64,000 nucleotides of DNA. It comes from Utricularia gibba (lineage: Eukaryota > Plantae > Magnoliophyta). Location: NCBI GenBank assembly GCA_002189035.1, contig NEEC01000247.1:1-64000 (forward strand). The letters run 5' to 3'. Within the stretch, counting starts at the first letter, position 1. The number at the start of each line of letters is the position of its first letter. Position numbers and translations under genes: made by a program. This document shows, in pieces, positions 1 through 15,000 of this stretch. The notes beneath the pieces are model-generated. The model was not told the DNA's origin, did no database searches, and was given only the letters and a program-made list of their open reading frames with translations.

Positions 1-3000
1 TGAGAAAACCATTTGGGGTGCTCATGACATCCTAACTTCAATAAATGCATCACGATTTTCGTCGAATAGGACCGATGGGCTCAGGAGTCGAACAGAACCT
101 TGGGTCCGGATGAACTTCCCAACGAAAGCACCCACCCAAAAACGACAAGCTTTTCCTTCAGAAACAATGTAGGCAGCTGCCGAAAACCCAACGTTAATAA
201 ATGGATCACTTTTTTTCCGGGCTACAAATGACTATGGGCCCGAGCCCGACCGACCTCCGGCCGATCCTGGTGCCCTCGAGAGCGCCTCCTCAAATATAAA
301 GCTTGTGGTGAGAAAACCATTTGGGGTGCTCATGACATCCTAACTTCAATAAATGCATCACGATTTTCGTTGAATAGGACCGATTGGGCGCAGGAGTCGA
401 ACCGAACCTTGGGTCGGATGAACTTCCCAACGAAAGCACCCACCCAAAAACGACAAGCTTTTCTTCAGAAACAATGTAGGCAGCTGCCGAAAACCCAACG
501 TTAATAAATGGATCACTTTTTTTGCCGGGCTACAAATGACTATGGGCCCGATTTCGACAAGACCTCCGGCCAGATCCTGTGCCTCGAGAGAGCGCCTCCT
601 CAAATAAAGCTTGTGGTTGGAAAACCATTTGGGGTGCTCATGACATCCTAACTTCAATAAATGCATCACGATTTTCGTTGAATAGGACCCGATTGGGCGC
701 AGGAGTCGAACCGAACCTTGGGTCGGGAAACTTCCCAACGAAAGCACCCACCAAAAACGACAAGCTTTTCCTTCAGAAACAATGTAGGCAGCTGCCGAAA
801 ACCCAACGTTAATAAATGGATCACTTTTTTTGCCGGGCTACAAATGACTATGGCCCGAGCGACAAGACCTCCGGCCAGATCCTAGTGCCCTCGAGAGCGC
901 CTCCTCAAATAAAAGTATGTGGTTGGAAAACCATTTGGGGTGCTCATGACATCCTAACTTCAATAAATGCATCACGATTTTCGTTGAATAGGACCCGATT
1001 GGGCTCAGGAGTCGAACCGAACCTTGGGTCCGGATGAACTTCCCAACGAAAGCACCCCAAAAACGACAAGCTTTTCCTTCAGAAACAATGTAGGCAGCTG
1101 CCGAAAACCAACGTTAATAAATGGATCACTTTTTTTCCGGGCTACAAATGACTATGGGCCCGAGCCCGACACCTCCGGCCCGATCCTGGTGCCCTCGAGA
1201 GCGCCTCCTCAAATATAAAGCTTGTGGATGAGAAAACCATTTGGGGTGCTCATGACATCCTAACTTCAATAAATGCATCACGATTTTCGTCGAATAGGAC
1301 CGATTGGGCTCAGGAGTCGAACAGAACCTTGGGTCCGGATGAACTTCCCAACGAAAGCACCCACCCAAAAACGACAAGCTTTTCCTTCAGAAACAATGTA
1401 GGCAGCTGCCGAAAACCCAACGTTAATAAATGGATCACTTTTTTTGCCGGGCTACAAATGACTATGGGCCCGATTTCGACCCTCCGGCCAGATCCTAGTG
1501 CCCTCGAGAGCGCCTCTCAAATAAAAAGTATGTGGTTGGAAAACCATTTGGGGTGCTCATGACATCCTAACTTCAATAAATGCATCACGATTTTCGTTGA
1601 ATAGGACCCGATTGGGCGCAGGAGTCGAACCGAACCTTGGGTCGGATGAACTTCCCAACGAAAGCACCCAAAAACGACAAGCTTTTCCTTCAGAAACAAT
1701 GTAGGCAGCTGCCGAAAACCCAACGTTAATAAATGGATCACTTTTTTTCCGGGCTACAAATGACTATGGGCCCGAGCCGACCCGACTCCGGCCCGATCCT
1801 GTGCCCCTCGAGAGCGCCTCCTCAAATAAAAAGCTTGTGGTTGAAAACCATTTGGGGTGCTCATGACATCCTAACTTCAATAAATGCATCACGATTTTCG
1901 TTGAATAGGACCCGATTGGGCGCAGGAGTCGAACCGAACCTTGGGTCCGGATGAACTTCCCAACGAAAGCACCACCCAAAAACGACAAGCTTTTCCTTCA
2001 GAAACATGTAGGCAGCTGCCGAAAACCCAACGTTAATAAATGGATCACTTTTTTTTCCCGGGCTACAAATGACTATGGGCCCGAGCCGACCTCCGCCGAT
2101 CCTGTGCCTCGAGAGCGCCTCCTCAAATATAAAGCTTGTGGTGAGAAAACCATTTGGGGTGCTCATGACATCCTAACTTCAATAAATGCATCACGATTTT
2201 CGTCGAATAGGACCCGATTGGGCAGGAGTCGAACCGAACCTTGGGTCCGGATGAACTTCCCAACGAAAGCACCCACCCAAAAACGACAAGCTTTTCCTTC
2301 AGAAACAATGTAGGCAGCTGCCGAAAACCCAACGTTAATAAATGGATCACTTTTTTTTGCCGGGCTACAAATGACTATGGGCCCGAGACGACCTCCGGCC
2401 GATCCTAGTGCCCCTCGAGAGCGCCTCCTCAAATAAAAAGTATGTGGTTGGAAAACCATTTGGGGTGCTCATGACATCCTAACTTCAATAAATGCATCAC
2501 GATTTTCGTCGAATAGGACCCGGGCTCAGGAGTCGAACCGAACCTTGGGTCCGGATGAACTTCCCAACGAAAGCACCCACCAAAAAACGACAAGCTTTTC
2601 CTTCAGAAACAATGTAGGCAGCTGCCGAAAACCCAACGTTAATAAATGGATCACTTTTTTTGCCGGGCTACAAATGACTATGGGCCCGAGCCCGACCCGA
2701 CCTCCGGCCCGATCCTGTGCCCTCGAGAGCGCCTCCTCAAATAAAAGTTGTGGATGAGAAAACCATTTGGGGTGCTCATGACATCCTAACTTCAATAAAT
2801 GCATCACGATTTTCGTCGAATAGGACCGATTGGGCTCAGGAGTCGAACCGAACCTTGGGTCGGATGAACTTCCCAACGAAAGCACCACCAAAAACGACAA
2901 GCTTTTCCTTCAGAAACATGTAGGCAGCTGCCGAAAACCCAACGTTAATAAATGGATCACTTTTTTTCCGGGCTACAAATGACTATGGGCCCGAGCCGAC

Positions 3001-6000
3001 CGACCTCCGGCCCGATCCTGTGCCCCTCGAGAGCGCCTCCTCAAATATAAAGCTTGTGGATGAAAAACCATTTGGGGTGCTCATGACATCCTAACTTCAA
3101 TAAATGCATCACGATTTTCGTCGAATAGGACCCGATTGGGCTCAGGAGTCGAACAGAACCTTGGTCGGATGAACTTCCAACGAAAGCACCACCAAAAACG
3201 ACAAGCTTTTCCTTCAGAAACAATGTAGGCAGCTGCCGAAAACCCAACGTTAATAAATGGATCACTTTTTTTGCCGGGCTACAAATGACTATGGGCCCGA
3301 GCCGACGACCTCCGGCCGATCCTGTGCCCTCGAGAGCGCCTCCTCAAATAAAAAGCTGTGGTTGAGAAAACCATTTGGGGTGCTCATGACATCCTAACTT
3401 CAATAAATGCATCACGATTTTCGTCGAATAGGACCCGATTGGGCTCAGGAGTCGAACCGAACCTTGGGTCGGATGAACTTCCCAACGAAAGCACCCACCC
3501 AAAAACGACAAGCTTTTCCTTCAGAAACAATGTAGGCAGCTGCCGAAAACCCAACGTTAATAAATGGATCACTTTTTTTGCCGGGCTACAAATGACTATG
3601 GGCCCGATTTCGACAAGACCTCCGGCCAGATCCTAGTGCCCCTCGAGAGCGCCTCCTCAAATAAAAGTATGTGGTTGGAAAACCATTTGGGGTGCTCATG
3701 ACATCCTAACTTCAATAAATGCATCACGATTTTCGTTGAATAGGACCCGATTGGGCGCAGGAGTCGAACCGAACCTTGGGTCCGGATGAACTTCCCAACG
3801 AAAGCACCCACCCAAAAACGACAAGCTTTTCCTTCAGAAACATGTAAGCAGCTGCCGAAAACCCAACGTTAATAAATGGATCACTTTTTTTCCCGGGCTA
3901 CAAATGACTATGGGCCCGAGCCCGACCCGACCTCCGGCCCGATCCTGGTGCCCTCGAGAGCGCCTCCTCAAATATAAAGCTTGTGGATGAGAAAACCATT
4001 TGGGGTGCTCATGACATCCTAACTTCAATAAATGCATCACGATTTTCGTCGAATAGGACCCGATCGGGCTCAGGAGTCGAACAGAACCTTGGGTCCGGAT
4101 GAACTTCCAACGAAAGCACCCACCAAAAACGACAAGCTTTTCCTTCAGAAACAATGTAGGCAGCTGCCGAAAACCAACGTTAATAAATGGATCACTTTTT
4201 TTCCCGGGCTACAAATGACTATGGGCCCGAGGACGACCTCCGGCCGATCCTGGTGCCCTCGAGAGCGCCTCCTCAAATATAAAGCTTGTGGATGAGAAAA
4301 CCATTTGGGGTGCTCATGACATCCTAACTTCAATAAATGCATCACGATTTTCGTTGAATAGGACCCGATTGGGCAGGAGTCGAACCGAACCTTGGGTCCG
4401 GATGAACTTCCCAACGAAAGCACCCACCAAAAACGACAAGCTTTTCCTTCAGAAACAATGTAGGCAGCTGCCGAAAACCCAACGTTAATAAATGGATCAC
4501 TTTTTTTGCCGGGCTACAAATGACTATGGGCCGATTTCGACAAGACCTCCGGCCAGATCCTAGTGCCCCTCGAGAGCGCCTCCTCAAATAAAAAGTATGT
4601 GGTTGAAAACCATTTGGGGTGCTCATGACATCCTAACTTCAATAAATGCATCACGATTTTCGTTGAATAGGACCCGATTGGGCGCAGGAGTCGAACCGAA
4701 CCTTGGGTCCGGATGAACTTCCCAACGAAAGCACCCACCAAAAACGACAAGCTTTTCCTTCAGAAACAATGTAGGCAGCTGCCGAAAACCCAACGTTAAT
4801 AAATGGATCACTTTTTTTGCCGGGCTACAAATGACTATGGGCCGATTTCGACAAGACCTCCGGCCAGATCCTGTGCCCTCGAGAGCGCCTCCTCAAATAA
4901 AAGTTGTGGTTGGAAAACCATTTGGGGTGCTCATGACATCCTAACTTCAATAAATGCATCACGATTTTCGTTGAATAGGACCCGATTGGGCGCAGGAGTC
5001 GAACCGAACCTTGGGTCCGGATGAACTTCCCAACGAAAGCACCACCCAAAAACGACAAGCTTTTCCTTCAGAAACAATGTAGGCAGCTGCCGAAAACCCA
5101 ACGTTAATAAATGGATCACTTTTTTTGCCGGGCTACAAATGACTATGGGCCCGAGCCCGACAAGACGGCCGATCCTGGTGCCCTCGAGAGCGCCTCCTCA
5201 AATATAAAGCTTGTGGTGAGAAAACCATTTGGGGTGCTCATGACATCCTAACTTCAATAAATGCATCACGATTTTCGTCGAATAGGACCGATTGGGCTCA
5301 GGAGTCGAACAGAACCTTGGGTCCGGATGAACTTCCCAACGAAAGCACCCACCAAAAACGACAAGCTTTTCCTTCAGAAACAATGTAGGCAGCTGCCGAA
5401 AACCAACGTTAATAAATGGATCACTTTTTTTGCCGGGCTACAAATGACTATGGGCCCGATTTCGACAAGACCTCCGGCCCGATCCTGTGCCCCTCGAGAG
5501 CGCCTCCTCAAATAAAAGTTGTGGTTGAAAACCATTTGGGGTGCTCATGACATCCTAACTTCAATAAATGATCACGATTTTCGTCGAATAGGACCCGATT
5601 GGGCGCAGGAGTCGAACAGAACCTTGGGTCGGATGAACTTCCCAACGAAAGCACCCAAAAACGACAAGCTTTTCCTTCAGAAACAATGTAGGCAGCTGCC
5701 GAAAACCAACGTTAATAAATGGATCACTTTTTTTGCCGGGCTACAAATGACTATGGGCCCGATTTCGACAAGACCTCGGCCAGATCCTAGTGCCCCTCGA
5801 GAGCGCCTCCTCAAATAAAAAGTATGTGGTTGGAAAACCATTTGGGGTGCTCATGACATCCTAACTTCAATAAATGCATCACGATTTTCGTTGAATAGGA
5901 CCCGATTGGGCGCAGGAGTCGAACCGAACCTTGGGTCCGGATGAACTTCCAACGAAAGCACCCACCCAAAAACGACAAGCTTTTCCTTCAGAAACAATGT

Positions 6001-9000
6001 AGCAGCTGCCGAAAACCCAACGTTAATAAATGGATCACTTTTTTTCCCGGGCTACAAATGACTATGGGCCCGAGCCGACCGACCTCCGGCCGATCCTGGT
6101 GCCCCTCGAGAGCGCCTCCTCAAATATAAAGCTTGTGGATGAGAAACCATTTGGGGTGCTCATGACATCCTAACTTCAATAAATGCATCACGATTTTCGT
6201 TGAATAGGACCCGATTGGGCGCAGGAGTCGAACCGAACCTTGGGTCCGGATGAACTTCCCAACGAAAGCACCACCCAAAACGACAAGCTTTTCCTTCAGA
6301 AACAATGTAGGCAGCTGCCGAAAACCCAACGTTAATAAATGGATCACTTTTTTTGCCGGGCTACAAATGACTATGGGCCCGAGCGACAAGACCTCCGGCC
6401 AGATCCTAGTGCCCTCGAGAGCGCCTCCTCAAATAAAAAGTTGTGGTTGGAAAAAACCATTTGGGGTGCTCATGACATCCTAACTTCAATAAATGCATCA
6501 CGATTTTCGTCGAATAGGACCCGATCGGCTCAGGAGTCGAACAGAACCTTGGGTCCGGATGAACTTCCAACGAAAGCACCCACCAAAAACGACAAGCTTT
6601 TCCTTCAGAAACAATGTAGGCAGCTGCCGAAAACCCAACGTTAATAAATGGATCTTTTTTTTGCCGGGCTACAAATGACTATGGGCCCGATTTCGACAAG
6701 ACTCCGGCCAGATCCTAGTGCCCTCGAGAGCGCCTCCTCAAATAAAAGTATGTGGTTGGAAAACCATTTGGGGTGCTCATGACATCCTAACTTCAATAAA
6801 TGCATCACGATTTTCGTTGAATAGGACCCGATTGGCTCAGGAGTCGAACCGAACCTTGGGTCCGGATGAACTTCCCAACGAAAGCACCCCCCCAAAAACG
6901 ACAAGCTTTTCCTTCAGAAACAATGTAGGCAGCTGCCGAAAACCCAACGTTAATAAATGGATCACTTTTTTGCCGGGCTACAAATGACTATGGGCCCGAT
7001 TTCGACAAGACTCCGGCCAGATCCTAGTGCCCCTCGAGAGCGCCTCCTCAAATAAAAGCTTGTGGTTGGAAAACCATTTGGGGTGCTCATGACATCCTAA
7101 CTTCAATAAATGCATCACGATTTTCGTTGAATAGGACCCGATTGGGCGCAGGAGTCGAACCGAACCTTGGGTCCGGATGAACTTCCCAACGAAAGCACCC
7201 ACCAAAAACGACAAGCTTTTCCTTCAGAAACAATGTAGGCAGCTGCCGAAAACCCAACGTTAATAAATGGATCACTTTTTTTGCCGGGCTACAAATGACT
7301 ATGGGCCCGATTTCGACAAGACCTCCGGCCAGATCCTAGTGCCCCTCGAGAGCGCCTCTCAAATAAAAAGTATGTGGTTGGAAAACCATTTGGGGTGCTC
7401 ATGACATCCTAACTTCAATAAATGCATCACGATTTTCGTTGAATAGGACCCGATTGGGCAGGAGTCGAACCGAACCTTGGGTCCGGATGAACTTCCCAAC
7501 GAAAGCACCCACCCAAAAACGACAAGCTTTTCCTTCAGAAACAATGTAGGCAGCTGCCGAAAACCCAACGTTAATAAATGGATCACTTTTTTTGCCGGGC
7601 TACAAATGACTATGGGCCCGAGCCGACGACCTCCGGCCGATCCTGGTGCCCTCGAGAGCGCCTCCTCAAATATAAAGCTTGTGGATGAGAAAACCATTTG
7701 GGGTGCTCATGACATCCTAACTTCAATAAATGCATCACGATTTTCGTCGAATAGGACCGATTGGGCTCAGGAGTCGAACAGAACCTTGGGTCCGGATGAA
7801 CTTCCCAACGAAAGCACCCACCCAAAAACGACAAGCTTTTCCTTCAGAAACAATGTAGGCAGCTGCCGAAAACCCAACGTTAATAAATGGATCACTTTTT
7901 TTGCCGGGCTACAAATGACTATGGCCCGATTTCGACAAGACCTCCGGCCAGATCCTAGTGCCCTCGAGAGCGCCTCCTCAAATAAAAAAGTTGTGGTTGG
8001 AAAACCATTTGGGGTGCTCATGACATCCTAACTTCAATAAATGCATCACGATTTTCGTTGAATAGGACCCGATTGGGCGCAGGAGTCGAACCGAACCTTG
8101 GGTCCGGATGAACTTCCCAACGAAAGCACCCCCCAAAAACGACAAGCTTTTCCTTCAGAAACAATGTAGGCAGCTGCCGAAACCCAACGTTAATAAATGG
8201 ATCACTTTTTTTCCGGGCTAAAATGACTATGGGCCCGATTTCGACAAGACCTCCGGCCAGATCCTAGTGCCCCTCGAGAGCGCCTCCTCAAATAAAAGTA
8301 TGTGGTTGGAAAACCATTTGGGGTGCTCATGACATCCTAACTTCAATAAATGCATCACGATTTTCGTTGAATAGGACCGATTGGGCGCAGGAGTCGAACC
8401 GAACCTTGGGTCCGGATGAACTTCCAACAAAGCACCACCAAAAACGACAAGCTTTTCTTCAGAAACAATGTAGCAGCTGCCGAAACGTTAATGGATCACT
8501 TTTTTCCGGGCTACAAATGACTATGGGCCGAGCCGACAACCTCCGCCCGATCCTGGTGCCCCTCGAGAGCGCCTCCTCAAATATAAAGCTTGTGGATGAG
8601 AAAACCATTTGGGGTGCTCATGACATCTAACTTCAATAAATGCATCACGATTTTCGTTGAATAGGACCCGATTGGGCTCAGGAGTCGAACAGAACCTTGG
8701 GTCCGGATGAACTTCCAACGAAAGCACCCACCCAAAAACGACAAGCTTTTCCTTCAGAAACAATGTAGGCAGCTGCCGAAAACCAACGTTAATAAATGGA
8801 TCACTTTTTTTGCCGGGCTACAAATGACTATGGGCCCGATTTCGACAAGACCTCCGGCCAGATCCTGTGCCCCTCGAGAGCGCTCCTCAAATAAAAAGTT
8901 GTGGTTGGAAAACCATTTGGGGTGCTCATGACATCCTAACTTCAATAAATGCATCACGATTTTCGTCGAATAGGACCCGATCGGGCTCAGGAGTCGAACA

Positions 9001-12000
9001 GAACCTTGGGTCCGGATGAACTTCCCAACGAAAGCACCCACCAAAAACGACAAGCTTTTCCTTCAGAAACAATGTAGGCAGCTGCCGAAAACCCAACGTT
9101 AATAAATGGATCACTTTTTTTGCCGGGCTACAAATGACTATGGGCCCGATTTCGACAAGACCTCCGGCCAGATCCTAGTGCCCTCGAGAGCGCCTCCTCA
9201 AATAAAAAATGTGGTTGGAAAACCATTTGGGGTGCTCATGACATCCTAACTTCAATAAATGCATCACGATTTTCGTCGAATAGGACCCGATTGGGCAGGA
9301 GTCGAACCGAACCTTGGGTCCGGATGAACTTCCCAACGAAAGCACCCACCCAAAAACGACAAGCTTTTCCTTCAGAAACAATGTAGGCAGCTGCCGAAAA
9401 CCCAACGTTAATAAATGGATCACTTTTTTTCCCGGGCTACAAATGACTATGGGCCCGATTTCGACAAGACCTCCGGCCAGATCCTAGTGCCCTCGAGAGC
9501 GCCTCCTCAAATAAAAAGTTGTGGTTGGAAAACCATTTGGGGTGCTCATGACATCCTAACTTCAATAAATGCATCACGATTTTCGTTGAATAGGACCCGA
9601 TTGGGCGCAGGAGTCGAACCGAACCTTGGGTCGGATGAACTTCCCAACAAAAGCACCCACCAAAAACGACAAGCTTTTCCTTCAGAAACATGTAGGCAGC
9701 TGCCGAAAACCCAACGTTAATAAATGGATCACTTTTTTCCCGGGCTACAAATGACTATGGGCCCGAGCCGACAACCTCCGCCGATCCTGGTGCCCCTCGA
9801 GAGCGCCTCCTCAAATAAAAGCTGTGGTGAGAAAACCATTTGGGGTGCTCATGACATCCTAACTTCAATAAATGCATCACGATTTTCGTCGAATAGGACC
9901 CGATTGGGCTCAGGAGTCGAACAAACCTTGGGTCCGGATGAACTTCCCAACGAAAGCACCCACCCAAAAACGACAAGCTTTTCCTTCAGAAACAATGTAG
10001 GCAGCTGCCGAAAACCCAACGTTAATAAATGGATCACTTTTTTTGCCGGGCTACAAATGACTATGGGCCCGATTTCGACAAGACCTCCGGCCAGATCCTA
10101 GTGCCCCTCGAGAGCGCCTCCTCAAATAAAAAAGTATGTGGTTGGAAAACCATTTGGGGTGCTCATGACATCCTAACTTCAATAAATGCATCACGATTTT
10201 CGTCGAATAGGACCCGATTGGAGGAGTCGAACGAACCTTGGGTCGGATGAACTTCCCAACGAAAGCACCAAAAAAACGACAAGCTTTTCCTTCAGAAACA
10301 TGTAGGCAGCTGCCGAAAACCCAACGTTAATAAATGGATCACTTTTTTTGCCGGGCTACAAATGACTATGGGCCCGATTTCGACAAGACCTCCGGCCGAT
10401 CCTGTGCCCCTCGAGAGCGCCTCCTCAAATAAAAGTTGTGGTTGGAAAACCATTTGGGGTGCTCATGACATCCTAACTTCAATAAATGCATCACGATTTT
10501 CGTTGAATAGGACCCGATTGGGCAGGAGTCGAACCGAACCTTGGGTCCGGATGAACTTCCCAACGAAAGCACCCACCAAAAACGACAAGCTTTTCCTTCA
10601 GAAACATGTAGGCAGCTGCCGAAAACCCAACGTTAATAAATGGATCACTTTTTTCCCCGGGCTACAAATGACTATGGGCCGAGCCGACCCGACCTCCGGC
10701 CCGATCCTGGTGCCCCTCGAGAGCGCCTCCTCAAATATAAAGCTTGTGGATGAGAAAACCATTTGGGGTGCTCATGACATCCTAACTTCAATAAATGCAT
10801 CACGATTTTCGTCGAATAGGACCGATCGGGCTAGGAGTCGAACAGAACCTTGGTTCGGATGAACTTCCCAACGAAAGCACCCACCAAAAACGACAAGCTT
10901 TTCCTTCAGAAACAATGTAGGCAGCTGCCGAAAACCCAACGTTAATAAATGGATCACTTTTTTTGCCGGGCTACAAATGACTATGGGCCCGATTTCGACA
11001 AGACCTCCGGCCAGATCCTAGTGCCCTCGAGAGCGCCTCCTCAAATAAAAGTATGTGGTTGAAAACCATTTGGGGTGCTCATGACATCCTAACTTCAATA
11101 AATGCATCACGATTTTCGTTGAATAGGACCCGATTGGGCGCAGGAGTCGAACCGAACCTTGGGTCGGATGAACTTCCCAACGAAAGCACCCCCCAAAAAC
11201 GACAAGCTTTTCCTTCAGAAACAATGTAGGCAGCTGCCGAAAACCCAACGTTAATAAATGGATCACTTTTTTCCCGGGCTAAATGACTATGGGCCGATTT
11301 CGACAAGACCTCCGCCGATCCTAGTGCCCCTCGAGAGCGCCTCCTCAAATAAAAGTTGTGGTTGGAAAACCATTTGGGGTGCTCATGACATCCTAACTTC
11401 AATAAATGCATCACGATTTTCGTTGAATAGGACCCGATGGGCGCAGGAGTCGAACCGAACCTTGGGTCCGGATGAACTTCCAACGAAAGCACCACCCAAA
11501 AACGACAAGCTTTTCCTTCAGAAACATGTAGGCAGCTGCCGAAAACCAACGTTAATAAATGGATCACTTTTTTTTCCGGGCTACAAATGACTATGGGCCC
11601 GACCGACCTCCGGCCGATCCTGTGCCCCTCGAGAGCGCTCCTCAAATATAAAGTTGTGGATTGAGAAAACCATTTGGGGTGCTCATGACATCCTAACTTC
11701 AATAAATGCATCACGATTTTCGTCGAATAGGACCCGATTGGGCTCAGGAGTCGAACAGAACCTTGGGTCCGGATGAACTTCCCAACGAAAGCACCCACCC
11801 AAAACGACAAGCTTTTCCTTCAGAAACAATGTAGGCAGCTGCGAAAACCCAACGTTAATAAATGGATCACTTTTTTTGCCGGGCTACAAATGACTATGGG
11901 CCGATTTCGACAAGACCTCCGGCCAGATCCTAGTGCCCGAGAGCGCCTCCTCAAATAAAAAGTATGTGGTTGGAAAACCATTTGGGGTGCTCATGACATC

Positions 12001-15000
12001 CTAACTTCAATAAATGCATCACGATTTTCGTCGAATAGGACCCGATTGGGCTCAGGAGTCGAACCGAACCTTGGTCGGATGAACTTCCCAACGAAAGCAC
12101 CCACCAAAAACGACAAGCTTTTCCTTCAGAAACATGTAGGCAGCTGCCGAAAACCCAACGTTAATAAATGGATCACTTTTTTTGCCGGGCTACAAATGAC
12201 TATGGGCCGATTTCGACAAGACCTCCGGCCAGATCCTAGTGCCCTCGAGAGCGCCTCCTCAAATAAAAAGTATGTGGTTGGAAAACCATTTGGGGTGCTC
12301 ATGACATCCTAACTTCAATAAATGCATCACGATTTTTCGTTGAATAGGACCCGATTGGGCGCAGGAGTCGAACCGAACCTTGGGTCCGGATGAACTTCCC
12401 AACGAAAGCACCCACCCAAAAACGACAAGCTTTTCCTTCAGAAACATGTAAGGCAGCTGCCGAAAACCCAACGTTAATAAATGGATCACTTTTTTTCCCG
12501 GGCTACAAATGACTATGGGCCCGAGCCCGACCAAACCTCCGCCGATCCTGGTGCCCCTCGAGAGCGCCTCCTCAAATATAAAAGCTTGTGGATGAGAAAC
12601 CATTTGGGGTGCTCATGACATCCTAACTTCAATAAATGCATCACGATTTTCGTCGAATAGGACCCGATCGGGCTCAGGAGTCGAACAAACCTTGGGTCCG
12701 GATGAACTTCCCAACGAAAGCACCCACCCAAAAACGACAAGCTTTTCCTTCAGAAACAATGTAGCAGCTGCCGAAAACCCAACGTTAATAAATGGATCAC
12801 TTTTTTTGCCGGGCTACAAATGACTATGGGCCCGATTTCGACAAGACCTCCGGCCAGATCCTAGTGCCCTCGAGAGCGCCTCCTCAAATAAAAAGTATTG
12901 GTTGGAAAACCATTTGGGGTGCTCATGACATCCTAACTTCAATAAATGCATCACGATTTTCGTCGAATAGGACCCGATCGGTCAGGAGTCGAAAAGAAAC
13001 CTTGGGTTCGGATGAACTTCCAACGAAAGCACCCAAAAAACGACAAGCTTTTCCTTCAGAAACAATGTAGGCAGCTGCCGAAAACCAACGTTAATAAATG
13101 GATCACTTTTTTTGCCGGGCTACAAATGACTATGGGCCCGATTTCGACAAGACCTCCGGCCAGATCCTAGTGCCCCTCGAGAGCGCCTCCTCAAATAAAA
13201 AGTATGTGGTTGGAAACCATTTGGGGTGCTCATGACATCCTAACTTCAATAAATGCATCACGATTTTCGTTGAATAGGACCCGATTGGGCGCAGGAGTCG
13301 AACCGAACCTTGGGTCCGGATGAACTTCCCAACGAAAGCACCCTCCCAAAAACGACAAGCTTTTCTTCAGAAACAATGTAGGCAGCTGCCGAAAACCAAC
13401 GTTAATAAATGGATCACTTTTTTTCCGGGCTACAAATGACTATGGGCCCGATTTCGACAAGACCTCCGGCCAGATCCTAGTGCCCCTCGAGAGCGCCTCC
13501 TCAAATAAAAAGTATGTGGTTGGAAAACCATTTGGGGTGCTCATGACATCCTAACTTCAATAAATGCATCACGATTTTCGTTGAATAGGACCCGATGGGC
13601 AGGAGTCGAACCGAACCTTGGGTCGGATGAACTTCCCAACAAAAAGCACCACCCAAAAACGACAAGCTTTTCCTTCAGAAACCATGTAAGCAGCTGCCGA
13701 AAACCCAACGTTAATAAATGGATCACTTTTTTCCCGGGCTACAAATGACTATGGGCCCGAGCCGACCCAACTCCGCCCGATCCTGGTGCCCTCGAGAGCG
13801 CCTCCTCAAATATAAAGCTTGTGGATGAGAAAACCATTTGGGGTGCTCATGACATCCTAAACTTCAATAAATGCATCACGATTTTCGTCGAATAGGACCC
13901 GATCGGGCTCAGGAGTCGAACAGAACCTTGGGTCCGGATGAACTTCCAAACGAAAGCACCCACCAAAAACGACAAGCTTTTCCTTCAGAAACAATGTAGG
14001 CAGCTGCCGAAAACCCAACGTTAATAAATGGATCACTTTTTTTGCCGGGCTACAAATGACTATGGGCCCGATTTCGACAAGACCTCCGGCCAGATCCTAG
14101 TGCCCCTCGAGAGCGCCTCCTCAAATAAAAAGTATGTGGTTAGAAAACCATTTGGGGTGCTCATGACATCCTAACTTCAATAAATGCATCACGATTTTCG
14201 TCGAATAGGACCGATTGGCTCAGGAGTCGAAAAGAAACCTTGGGTTCCGGATGAACTTCCCAACGAAAGCACCCACCAAAAAAACGACAAGCTTTTCCTT
14301 TAGAAACAATGTAGGCAGCTGCCGAAAACCCAACGTTAATAAATGGATCACTTTTTTTGCCGGGCTACAAATGACTATGGGCCGATTTCGACAAGACTCC
14401 GGCCAGATCCTAGTGCCCCTCGAGAGCGCCTCCTCAAATAAAAAGTATGTGGTTGGAAAACCATTTGGGGTGCTCATGACATCCTAACTTCAATAAATGC
14501 ATCACGATTTTCGTTGAATAGGACCCGATTGGGCGCAGGAGTCGAACCGAACCTTGGGTCCGGATGAACTTCCCAACGAAAGCACCACCCAAAACGACAA
14601 GCTTTCCTTCAGAAACATGTAAGCAGCTGCCGAAAACCAACGTTAATAAATGGATCACTTGTTTTCCCGGGCTACAAATGACTATGGGCCCGAGCCCCGA
14701 CCCGACCTCCGGCCCGATCCTGGTGCCCTCGAGAGCGCCTCATCAAATATAAAGCTTGTGGATGAGAAAACCATTTGGGGTGCTCATGACATCCTAACTT
14801 CAATAAATGCATCACGATTTTCGTTGAATAGGACCCGATTGGGCGCAGGAGTCGAACCGAACCTTGGGTCCGGATGAACTTCCCAACGAAAGCACCACCC
14901 AAAAACGACAAGCTTTTCCTTCAGAAACCATGTAGGCAGCTGCCGAAAACCCAACGTTAATAAATGGATCACTTTTTTTCCCGGGCTACAAATGACTATG

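Noticed and set aside
11079-11810. 243-aa minus-strand ORF
   Set aside because: It switches between the repeat's reading frames at indels and is the same artefact.
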